Of a stretch of 64,000 bases of DNA, positions 25,151 through 36,413 are shown in pieces. The notes below the pieces were generated by a model that saw nothing but the letters and a program-made list of their open reading frames with translations, searched no databases and was not told the origin of the DNA. The stretch spans positions 16,499,653 through 16,563,652 of the forward strand of contig NC_134028.1 of NCBI RefSeq assembly GCF_964204645.1. The letters run 5' to 3'. This DNA is from Tubulanus polymorphus (Eukaryota; Animalia; Nemertea). The position numbers and the translations under genes are program-made. Each line of letters begins with the position of its first letter. Position 1 is the stretch's first letter.

Positions 25151-27512
25151 CGGTTCCTGAACTTCGCTGAAAAAGCTGAATCACTGAAACGCTGAAATAA
25201 AAACGCTGAAATTTCAGGGAATTTCCGAAAAACGCCGAAATTTCAGGGAATTCCCGAAAAACGCTGAAATCGTGCTAGGTACCAACAATACACGTTTTGA
25301 AATATTTTCCGGGCCGGTGTCCGCTGCCGAGTCCTGAACCGTGTTTTAGTCTCTACCTTCGGTTACAGAGACACGCATGGACAGTATGTGTGGAGTATAC
25401 TTCTAGAGGGCCACTTGTTGGACAAATTAATTCGCTTGAAATCCGGATTTTTAATGCATACAGGCAGCATAATGAGGAAAACCCATACACAAACCGTGCA
25501 AGCCAACTTAAACACTATGCTCAATATTCCCTGCAAGACGCAAAATATCTTATTTGAACGTTCATGTATAAAACATGGAGCAACTTTTCTTTTGTCAACA
25601 CGTTGATGGGCGACGGACTATGTCACTATGGTATTCTCTGAAGGAGGTAAATTAAATTTGACAGCTAGTTATATAAATGATGCAGCTTTTGGACAAAAGG
25701 GATCTAACTAAATTTCTTTTTAATTCACTGTGGAATGGAATGGAATGGATTGACGCAAATGGCATGCAGTAGGCCCCTACGTATGGGTCATACTGATTAG
25801 CGTCAACCAATTAATCTAAATCGGGCTAACCATTCAACAACTGTGAATAATTTATTTGCTGTGGCGAGATAATAATTAGTTTTTTTGAAGAAATGACATA
25901 CCAACTGTTAGAAAAATGAACCCATTCTTATTTTTAGACTACTACTGAATCTATAAAAGGAGGAGTCATAGACAAAGTTGATTTGCTTAGCTGGTGACAC
26001 TTCTTGTCAAGTACATCATCTCAAGTACTGGGTGTTTTGTAAGTTTAATTTCAGTATTTATTTACTAAGTGCTGTTCTCTCGGACCTCAGTGCTTTCAAA
26101 CTAGGCCCACCCCATAGGCTATATAGTCCAGGTGTATTAGCCACTATTCTTTTATATCCGACTAAAATGCACCTTTTTCTATTTTTAGATTCAGGCTTAG
26201 AATGTGCAAATTTTTTGAGATACTGAGAAATCAGATGGCACCAGTAAACTTCAACTGCGAAATTTGCAGCAGGATAGCTGAACGACACAATTTTTAAAAA
26301 TAAAATGGCTATTCGAATGCTATTTCAATAATAACTTGATTCAACCGGAGAGAAATAAGTCAATTGCGGATGTACAGTACACCCACTTTTCTTCCCTGTT
26401 TCCTGGTACCAAATTTTTAGTCTTAAGCTAAGCGATATTCTAAGGTATACTAGTGGATTTCATTAGAATATGAAGCAATGGAACCAGAATTCTAGCCAGA
26501 GTTAAGCGAACTATTGATTCTGATATAATGTAAGAACTGATTTCCTTTGTATACTCTTGCAGAATGTGTTATGTATTATTTCAAGCTGTTAAATAATATA
26601 GTTAGACAAATGTCCAATTATTGGATCTTTCTTGTTGACTCGTTTAATTTTGTGAGTTAAGAGTTCCAGTCAATCCACAATGTGCAGTGCCTAGCCTTCA
26701 TCTACACTAAAGCCATGCCTGTGTATGGGAAAAAAATATCGGTCGACTCCTATAGGCCAGACACATCAAAGCATGCAATACATTGCAGATAGTAGTCTCC
26801 GGCAAGTCGAAAGTAAACCAGGTTTTACCCCGTACCCCACCCGGGAACAAAGACACTTAAAGATTCCTTCCTCCTTGTAGAAATTGTAGAAATATGGCAC
26901 CCAATTGTAGCAATGCTAAGTACAGTATACTATGACGGTTGAACCTTTATTAACGAATTTCAATGACACCGAAAATAGAATCAAAATAATCATTAGTTCC
27001 ATGCTAGCACTTAATTTGGGTTATCAGGTTCAGCCTAACTGTACTTTCATTCAGCTACTACTTGTATGAGACTTGGCAATGATAAGTTGCAAGAAATCAC
27101 GAAACATAAGAAAAAATATTGTGAATTAATATTACTGTGATTAAGAATTTATTCAAATGAAGTGATAACTTCATTGTTAGATCGTACCGGTATATGCACA
27201 TAAAACTATGGCAAAAAACACATCTAACAATCCACGCAATCCGCAATCGATCAAGTCGATCATGACGACGACCTTAAGGCATGTCTCTGTAACCGAAGGT
27301 AGAGCATAAAACACGGTTCAGGACTCGTCAGCGGACGACGGCCCGGAAAACATTTCAAAACGTGTATTGTCGGTACCTAGCACGATTTCAGCGTTTTTCG
27401 GGAATTCCCTGAAATTTCGGCGTTTTTCGGAAATTCCCTGAAATTTCAGCGTTTTTATTTCAGCGTTTCAGCTTTTCAGTGTTTCAGCTTTTTCAGCGAA
27501 GTTCAGGAACCG
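25151..27512. mobile_element. Non-autonomous Mutator/MULE-like DNA transposon
   Basis: ~225-bp TIRs starting CGGTTCCTGAACTTCGCTGAAAAAGCTGAA with internal subrepeats; 9-bp TSD TACGAAGAG (25142-25150, 27513-27521); no transposase ORF. Confidence 0.85.
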
Positions 27513-27521
27513 TACGAAGAG

Positions 27522-28604
27522 TGTTGAGGATAAGGTTTTGGACATGGAGATCCATACTAAGTTTGCACGCACGATTAAACCAATCAAATTGAAAGCTCAG
27601 AAAAGTCAGAACTTCAAATTCCTGTGAAAGCTTCTAAAACTTTTGATAAACAAACTGTACTTTTGTCACCAATACAAGAATTGGTGGCTATGAATTATAC
27701 AGGTGCCCGTTGCTTAGTAACAGTTAATAATGGTAGAGCAGTAATGAGATTATTGATAACCCAACTACATCAGTTATCAAAATTCCAAAAGGGCAATCTA
27801 TAGCATATATATCGGATATTGAAGAGTCGTCAATTATGTCAATTGACTAAGAAGAAACTGTTTCTGTAGATAATATTAATGCTGAAACACCAGATTATGA
27901 TACTAGCGAAGCTATGAAGTTCCCTCCTACGGGGCAAACTCCAAACGTTGAAGATTTACAGTTTGACTTATCTAATTCGGATCTAAATAATGAACAAAAA
28001 GAATTGTTACTAGCTTTTCTTCATAGAAATCGTGAAAGATTCTCTTCAAACTTAAATGAATTGGGGCATACTTCCATATACGAACATACTATTGATACTG
28101 GTTTGCCAGAGGCCATATCGCTGTAATGGGATAATTAGAGAAGAGCAAGATCGTCAGATAGACGAAATGCTCAAAGCCGATATTATAACTACATCAAACT
28201 CACCGTTTAATTCACCTGTTGTGATGGTAAAGAAATAGTCAGGCGAATATCGCTTCGCGGTTGACTACCGTAAATTAAATGCTATTACTAAATCTGTTTC
28301 TTACCCACTACCACGAATTGCAGACGCTGTTGACTCCGTAGCAGAGTCTAAAGCTTAATTATTTACAACTCTCGATATGACCTCCGGTTTCTGGCAAATT
28401 AAGTTAGATCCGGCTACTATGCATAAGTCTACATTTGTTACTCAAAATGGCGCCTACATGTTTAAAAGACCACCATTTGGTCTTAAAAATTCACCCATGG
28501 CATTCCAAATGACCAGGAATGAAGTCCTCCGTGGCTATCATTGGAAATTTTGCTTAGTATATGTAGACGACATTTTGGTATACAGTTAAGACTTTACAGA
28601 ACAT
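27522..28604 (+). pseudogene. Gypsy pol linker and N-terminal reverse transcriptase (truncated)
   Basis: HTIDTG, SNSPFNSPVVMVKK, YRFAVDYRKLN, LDMTSGFWQI, PFGLKNSP, YVDDILVYS. Confidence 0.92.
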
Positions 28605-28616
28605 AGTGAGGGAGGA

Positions 28617-28984
28617 TTTAACAACACTAAATGTCACTTGTTATACAATTGTTATACATATTTCATCTATATTTCGTATTTCTTTATTGTTTTATGTCTC
28701 CATCTAATTACTCATTGTCCTCTGATACCGTTTGTCTGTGTCAGAATGTGTTAATTGTTGTTTGTCTCACTGTCATGTCACTACTCGTCACCTTTGTTTT
28801 TGTATCATTTTCCATGTCTCAACCTGTCTTGAATCTGTGTTATATAGATAGCTATGTGTAAAAATAAAGTCAGTTCCAGTTTTGGTATTCCAAACTGATA
28901 GTTCGCTCGTTACTCTTTCGCTCTGTTCCGGATTTCCGACGTCGACCATTCTTCGAGAATAGGACAGAAAATAGCTTTGCTAAA
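28617..28984 (+). repeat. LTR-B copy 1, followed by PBS TGGTGTTAGAA (tRNA-Leu-like)
   Basis: Near-identical direct repeat of 30081-30440; preceded by PPT GAGGGAGGA; has TATA-like box, AATAAA and TCAGTT. Confidence 0.88.
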
Positions 28985-29075
28985 TTGGTGTTAGAACCGG
29001 CGGGCAAGTTTTACATTCAACTCCCCGTATAAGATCCTGGTACCGCGCTCTCAATAGCTAGTTTTCCCCATCACG

Positions 29076-29888
29076 ATGAATATTCTACCACCGGTAGTCG
29101 TAGTAACTCTTCAAGAGGCTGGATACCACCGTGCACCTCAGAATTGGACTATTAATGCCGAGGAAGGATGTATCAAAGTTTCACTGACATGGACAGTCCA
29201 GTCATCGAAGCCATCGAAAGCGATGAAATCGAAGTCGACTCTGAATCGGGACCATAGACGTATGCAGGAATTCCTAAACCGAAGGATGCTGAAAACAGAA
29301 TTTCCGAAGTCAACGAAATCAGATAACGCTACCATGGACACAGCGCTCATGACTGTCAACGCGACTCATGAAATAGGATCTCAGACAGTTGAGGACGTCA
29401 TAACTACCGCTGAAATAAAGAAATTGGAAGAAACCTCGCAGAAACTTTCAGGTGAACTTGTCGATTTGAAGGCCAATTTTAGAATCAAAAGAAAGAACCA
29501 TTATTGGACAAAAATCTTTGGACTACAATCAAAATTGGATAAATTAAAAATGCGAAATTATCCGTGTCATTGCGCTAAAGATCCGAAAAACACTCAAACA
29601 TGCGAACATACATTAACTGATATCGGGGCTCTTTACGAAGCAGACCAACCGAAAATCATGGCTGCAAAACGAACAGGAGTATTATATGAGGTCCGGGTGC
29701 AAGATCCAATCTCGAGAAAATATGCTGATTTCTTTGTGCACTGGGGACAATCCTTATCATCAGTTTTCTATGAAATTTTGAACAGATACTATTTGGATTT
29801 AAAATCATTCACCTATCGCGAACCAAATTCCAAAAATAAATGCTTGGACATTGATCGAAATACTTCATTGTGCTTGTTACATGAATGA
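29076..29888 (+). CDS. Intact 270-aa ORF of unknown function inside the non-autonomous LTR element
   Basis: Uninterrupted ATG-TGA ORF filling most of the space between PBS and PPT; no gag/pol motifs recognised. Confidence 0.7.
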   Translation: MNILPPVVVVTLQEAGYHRAPQNWTINAEEGCIKVSLTWTVQSSKPSKAMKSKSTLNRDHRRMQEFLNRRMLKTEFPKSTKSDNATMDTALMTVNATHEIGSQTVEDVITTAEIKKLEETSQKLSGELVDLKANFRIKRKNHYWTKIFGLQSKLDKLKMRNYPCHCAKDPKNTQTCEHTLTDIGALYEADQPKIMAAKRTGVLYEVRVQDPISRKYADFFVHWGQSLSSVFYEILNRYYLDLKSFTYREPNSKNKCLDIDRNTSLCLLHE

Positions 29889-30080
29889 GGAATCATCAAA
29901 CACTTATGGGATAAAAAGGGTAGAAATATAGTTTGGTTAGGAATGAGATTTTGATTAGCTTGTAAATGATTGATACTTTTAATGTATATATGATTATTGT
30001 TCTCAAATTGATAATTCTCCATTAAATTCATTTCATCTAATTTTCGGGGACGAAAACTTTCAGAACATACTGAGGGAGGA

Positions 30081-30440
30081 TTTAACAACACTAAATGTCA
30101 CTTATAACTGTTATACATATTTCATCTATATTTCGTATTTCTTTATTGTTTTATGTCTCCATCTAATTACTCATTGTCCTCTGAGACCGTTTGTCTGTGT
30201 CAGAATGTGTTAATTGTTGTTTGTCTCACTGTCATGTCACTACTCGTCACCTTTGTTTTTGTATCATTTTCCATGTCTCAACCTGTCTTGAATCTGTGTT
30301 ATATGAATAGCTATGTGTAAAAATAGTCAGTTCCAGTTTTGGTATTCCAAACTGATAGTTCGCTCGTTACTCTTTCGCTCTGTTCCGGATTTCCACGCCG
30401 ACCATTCTTCGAGAATAGGACAGAAAATAGCTTTGCTAAA
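30081..30440 (+). repeat. LTR-B copy 2
   Basis: Direct repeat of 28617-28984; preceded by PPT; followed by TSD TGAT. Confidence 0.88.
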
Positions 30441-31704
30441 TGATATTAAAAGTAAATCATTTAACAACGCATCAATGATTAATAAAGAAAATTATATTAA
30501 TCAATATAAAATGAATAATTATTTCAGCTATTTTCAACTCGTTCGATCAACGCGGTTCATAGTTAAACTATTGAGCGACCCAATCTTGTTCTAAATATCA
30601 CTAAATGAATAGATTCTGAAATCACCCGATCCAAAAGATGCCGGGTTTTAGTAACTTCACTGCCGGATTTTAGCGTGACGTAATTCTACTTCCGATTTCC
30701 CCATGAACTTCAAACCGGACGTTCTCTGACGTAATTTTTTCTGACGTTGTCAGTGAGTCAGATTCGGTTAAAAATACACTTTGTCATATTCGCCTTTATC
30801 AAAGGGACGTCCTCTGGGCGCCTTCGGCATTTAGGTTCGATAGGATATCGATTTTAGGATATTTCCAGAAAGATATTTCATATTACACAGTCAAGTTTAT
30901 AGGAATTCCGGGATTTTCCGGAAAGATATCACAGTTGATGGGGGCTGGGGTGTATTGGAATTCCGGAAAAAAAATTCCAGAATTTTCTGGAAATTTCCGG
31001 AAAATATATTTCAATTGTTTGGCCCATAAGTGAAAATCTCATAACCATTACATGTACAGCAATAAAAATGATTTAACACTTATTGAACGTTTTAAAATCA
31101 ATGTTATTTTATAATTTTTAGGTTTAATGAGGGTTTGGGTATAAAGGGTTAAGTGTTCAGAAGTTATGGGATTAGTGTTTAGAGGGTAAGAGTTTAGAGG
31201 GTTAGTGTTTATAGGCTTTGACGAATTGTTTTTCCGCAAATTTCCGGAATATCCGGAAAGATTTTTCCGGAATTCCGGTGTAGCCCCCTCCGTCTTGGCT
31301 TTGACTGATTGCTTTTCCGGAAATTTCTGGAATTACCCCCCGCCCCTACCGTCGTGATCTTGACCGACTGCATTTTCGGAAAAATCGGAAAAATACTCCT
31401 AAATTGTCGGAGGTCGTACCATTATCTGCAGTCCGTTTATTAACTCGCTTTGATTGCAATTAAATATATGGCCGGTTTCAAAATGGCGTAAACACTGACC
31501 TTCTGGTTTTGCATTTGAAACATCACGTCAATGTTGGCTCTAGTCCAGTATACGATTAAGTAGTCATTGAGACCGCATTACACTTAGAAATGTTTTCTAT
31601 ATTCTTCCGCGCATATCTTGGGTAGTTCTCCTACTAATTCTGCGCAAATCAATATACCCTTCATAGTATCCCATCCATATCTTTCAGGCACTTTAATGAC
31701 AAAC

Positions 31705-33010
31705 CCGTCATACCCGACACTCCCAACATTCCCAACAATCCCTGACATACCCGGCACTCCCGACACTCCTGATACACCCGACATTCCCGACAATCCCGAC
31801 ATACCCGACTCTCCCAGGATAGTAAAGTATAGGTGCTGGGATAGTGAGGTATAGAGGTGCGGTTCGACTCCGGAATAGGTCAAAATAGTTCCATCGTGGA
31901 TGGTTTTCTTAAAAACTGTGAGTGGTTTGGTTTCAAATTGCCGTAAGAAACCTGATTGTCGACCATTTCTCAAGTCGACAATCGGCAATCAAAAACCTGA
32001 TTGCCGATTGTCGACCTGTTTTCGAGTCGGCAATCGGCAATCGGCAATCAGAAACCAATCACCCACAGCATCTATATCACCCTCACAATCGCAGCATCTA
32101 TATCACCCTCACAATCGCAGCATCTATATCGCCCTTACAATCACAGCATCTATGTCACCCTCACAATCACATCATGTATTGCACCCTCACAATCACGGCA
32201 TCTATTGCACCCTAACAATCACAGCATCTATTGCACACTCACAATCGCGGCATCATTATCGCCCTCACAATTACAGTTTCTATATCACCCTCACAATCAT
32301 AGCATCTATATCACCCTCACAATCACATCATCTTTATCGCCCTCACAATCATAGCATCTATTTCACCCGCACAATCGCAGCATCTATAGCAACCTCACAA
32401 TCGCAGTATCTATATCACCCTCACAATCACAGCATCTATATCGACCTCACAATCACAGCATCTATTTCACCCTCACAATCACAGCATCTATATCACCTTC
32501 ACAATCACAAAAAAATCACAACATCTATTTCACCCTCACAATCACAGTATCTATATCACCCTCACAATCACAACACTGAATTTTATGAAAGTCAATAAAG
32601 GGAAATGGTCGATTTCCGATTGTCGAACCGAGAAATGGTCGACTAGCAGGTTTCCGATTGCCGAATGCCGGGAATTGCATAGTGAGGTATAGATGTTCTC
32701 AATAATGAGGCATAGATGTGATGGGATAGTGAGGTATATAGATGATGCTGTAATGATAGTGAAGTATAAACGTGCTGGGCTAGTGAGGTATAGAGGTGCC
32801 GGGCTGGTGAGGTATAGAGGTACCGGGATAGTGAGGTATAGATGTGCCGGGATAGTCATGTATGGAGGTGCTGAGAGTCCCGGGTATGTCGGGCTTGCCG
32901 GGAGTGTCGGGTATTTAGGGATTGTCGGGAGTGCCTTGTACGTTGGGATTGTCGGGTATGTCGGGAGTGCCGGGTATGTCAGGAATGTCGAGTATGTCGG
33001 GAGTGCCGGA
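31705..33010. repeat. Minisatellite cluster: 9-bp (ACATACCCG), 26-bp (CACAATCACAGCATCTATATCACCCT), 24-bp (GGGATAGTGAGGTATAGAGGTGCC) and inverted 9-bp arrays
   Basis: Units read directly at 31705-31815, 32060-32575, 32680-32880 and 32880-33010. Confidence 0.9.
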
Positions 33011-33894
33011 CTAAATTTGATAAGCTTGGCAGAATCACACCTTTTCAAAATTAGAAAAACTACATCTACGCACTATTTCACAAGATACTGGACTTGACCC
33101 TCTATGGTATTTTATTCTTGTACTAACTGACCGACAAGTCTATAAGGAAATAAAATGTGGGTTTTTATACGCATTTTAGAGTGTAGTCCATACAAAATAG
33201 AAAACAGTACAACCGTAAATATAGACCTAATTTTCTTTTCATATTTTTCAATCATAAAGTGGACATAAGGGGTATAAGTTATATCCAAGTGATTGAAAAT
33301 GCATTGAAAATGCATTTTTCAGTCCTTAGAAAATTTACTCACATTTATGATTATTTCTGCAGATATAATAGAAATATATGCCACAGCCAAAGCATGGGAA
33401 AGAACTAGGCCTACTACGAAACTTTGTTCGGACACGTGAGGTCTGAATTAAATTTCATAATTTTGGTTATAATCGATTGGGTGACGGCGGAAGGCGATAA
33501 AACGAAAATAATTCTTTTCCTGGTTGTTAAGTCGGAAAAAAAATATTTCATGTATATTTAAAAGTGAACATTCGAAACAAAAAACCTGGTTGGGCCTAAA
33601 TAATCAGTATTTTCCAACTGTGATCAATTTTTAAACTGGAGGCTTGGAATGATAAAAAAGAACCAAAGATATGAATTCAAGAAGATCAGTAACTTTTATT
33701 GAATTAATAATTCATTTAAGCTAACCAATTGGTAATGTGCATTAGATTTAATAATAATCATATAATAGGATATTTCATTCCATAAATTAACAGTTTTCAA
33801 GAAATGAAAGAACAAAATAACGGACCAACTGGCCCTGTGGCTCACTTTCAAATCATTGAGTGTATATTGTCAAAAATTAAATACTAACTATAAA

Positions 33895-36413
33895 ATATAG
33901 CTGCTTAGCAGAAATAACGGGTTTTCTGCACAGTCTTAGAATGCTGTTCAACGGTGGGTTTCTACAGAGCATTTGATAAGGCACAACATCAGCCATTACT
34001 AAATAGGCTATTATGAAACAGTATCAATGATAGGTCGCCCAAATGGCTCAGAAGTTATCTCTGAACGAAAACTTGTAGCCGAAATCAACGGAACGCCTCA
34101 TCTTGGAATAAGTCGGCCGTTCGACCAAAAAACTTAATGTTCCGACAAGAAAATCTTGTTCAAATGAAAACAATTCTGTTTGATCGAACAATACGCTTCG
34201 AATAAAAGCTATGTTGTTGTTGAAATGAAAAACTTTTGTCCCGGCAAAAAAATTGGTTGATCGAAAACAATTTTTTTCGAACGAATGTTTGAATGAAAAC
34301 AATTCTGTTCGATTGTACGAAATACTTAATACTTTTGGTTCGTAGAAAAAAACTTTTTACAATATACTTGTTCGAACGAAAAACTTAATGTTCTGACAAG
34401 AAAATTCTGTTCAAATTAAAACGATTCTGTTCGTTCGAACGATTGTTCGAATGAAAAACCTTTCGTTTGGACAAACAAAAGTTTGTTCAACTTTGTTCTA
34501 ACGATTTTTTTCAAATTGGTTCAATCGAACAGAATATTATTGGTACGAACGAAATAAATTTTGTGTCGACGAAAGAATTTTCAAGCGAAAGGTCTTTTGA
34601 ACAAAAAAAAAGATATTTCTGGAGCTCAGCAGTATAACTTAAAGCCGGACGTAGGTCGGCCTTGCAACGCGATGCGATCCTCGCGTTGCATCGCAAGTTT
34701 CGGTGCAATTCGGTTGCGATACGATTGTCAGCGACTGTGTGCGACTAGTTTCTGCCAGTAGCAAGAGCGCGTAGGTCGGTTGTGACAGTCGTGTCGCGTC
34801 GCAGAAAGTATAACCCGTGCGACTCCCTGCGACTGGCGTTGCTGACAGTCGCAACCCGTCGCAAGGGAGCGTAGGTCGATGAGTCGTTGCGACACAATCG
34901 TCGCTGGCGGTCGCAGTGAAAATTGTCGCAGTGAGTCACAAGCCGTCACAAAGCCAACCTACGTCCGCCTTAACTCATTAGGAATTAATGAAATACCAGT
35001 TTCATTTATGATGAAAAAACTCAAATGAAAAGTCTGGCATATAAAGCTGTCTGCTCAGACGATATTTTCAAAAAAAAACTTCATTTTTGCCAATAAAATT
35101 GATAATTGTGATTTATCGTTGCAAGTCAGAACCAGTTAATCACTAATTAACATGCATTTTAATAAATCTGATTCCCTCCTTTGAAGTGAACTTAGCTTTA
35201 ACCTAGTAGAGGCTACTAGCCTATGTAGGCCTATGTATATGCGTAGGCCTAACATCCGGACAGATTTGTCGTAGGCCTATTGAATAACAACCCTCCTAAA
35301 TATCGTAAATTTTGTTTTGAAGTTCAATCCAATGAGTCCGTTAATAACCGCAACATTTATACTGTGTTTGTTTGAGACAGTAAAGGTCAGTACCGGTAGG
35401 CCTAAAGCCTTAATGAGGTCACGTAAAACTCGATAAACACTTCAAGCGACACAGCGAACGATCTCCTTTCCCCCACAGCGAACGCTTACTCCGATTGTCA
35501 AGTGTGAGTCCAGCATACGGATAGGAGTGTGTTTTAACCTTGTATTTAGTAAAAACCTTGTGCATTTGACAATGATCGGTATGTACTGTAGGAAATATAG
35601 AGAATTGATGGTATTGATATAGAGGTTGAAGCCCGCGGCCGAATAAAGTAATATATTCTTTTATTTTGATACCTCGTCGACATAACAGCTTTTCTCCGCT
35701 ATATCTCTTCAAAGTGTTTAGTTTAGGCCTACGACTACGCGGTACACTAAAGATTTATTTTAGTAAATACACGGTTAATTTGGTAAAGAAAAATAGGTAT
35801 TGTTAAACTAACTCCTTGAAACCCGCAGCCAAATCACTGGTAGTAATACATTAATTTGTACTCGATTTGATTCTCACGATGAGGAGAAACTCGCAGCTGA
35901 TCCCCGGAACGACGATGTAGTGACACACGTCGATTCGTCGATGTTTACGGCTCGAAAGTGCTTTTAAAATCTAAAGTAGTAAATTTCCAGTGTATCGGTA
36001 ATATGATTTGATGAGGAAAATGGGCTATTGTTAAAATTTTGAAGACCGCGGCTGAATTTGAAACCGCGACAATAAATTAGTTCATTTATACTTGAATTGA
36101 TAATCGAAGTGACAATCGGCCTGCGGGTTGATTTCGGGATGACGACTCGAAAAACATCTCGCCCCATTGAATGGGGCTAAATTTTCGATGTTTACGGCCG
36201 GACAGTGCTTTTGTAACGATGATTCGTGAAAAAAACACGCGGAGTATTTGTAGATCTCAGCAGTGAGCTGAACGATATCATACGGATTGTATCGACAACA
36301 GCGGCAAGGCAACAAAGCCTTAGTTCATTTAGTGAAAATAGTGTGACATAAAATAATAATAAGAACACGCGAATCTCAATAGGGTTTTCTGTGATGTAAC
36401 AGAAAAACCCTAA
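33895..36413 (-). mobile_element. Helentron-type (HINE) non-autonomous element, present only in the left arm
   Basis: Empty site AACTATAAA|TTAATATGG in the right arm (~46255); hairpin AGGGTTTTCT...AGAAAAACCCT; subTIR plus CTGC-TTA-GCAG stem-loop; no TSD. Confidence 0.75.
34643..34970. mobile_element. PIF/Harbinger-like MITE nested in the HINE
   Basis: TIR AG(C/G)CGGACGTAGGT(C/T)GGC; TAA TSD at 34640-34642 and 34971-34973. Confidence 0.8.

Larger units (their letters stand above)
23037..30440 (+). mobile_element. Composite Gypsy insertion: LTR-A, gag-pro-partial RT, LTR-B, ORF270, LTR-B
   Basis: 4-bp TSD TGAT at 23033-23036 and 30441-30444; the flanking Polinton gene reads through when the insert is removed. 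Confidence 0.75.

Noticed and set aside
25380-27280. Transposase inside the MULE-like element
   Set aside because: Only short ORFs with no DDE motifs recognised
31855-31875. GGTTCGACTCC B-box suggesting a tRNA or SINE
   Set aside because: No cloverleaf or clear A-box; embedded in minisatellite
32060-32575. CRISPR-like periodic array
   Set aside because: Contiguous 26-bp tandem units with no unique spacers, no cas genes, eukaryotic context
31584-33097. Long ORFs on both strands (up to 232 aa)
   Set aside because: Translations of stop-poor minisatellites; no coding signal
33112-33315. Repeated small ORFs (also 46831-47034, 37354-37578, 37799-38023, 45086-45295) as a gene family
   Set aside because: Identity is explained by the inverted duplications; no protein motifs
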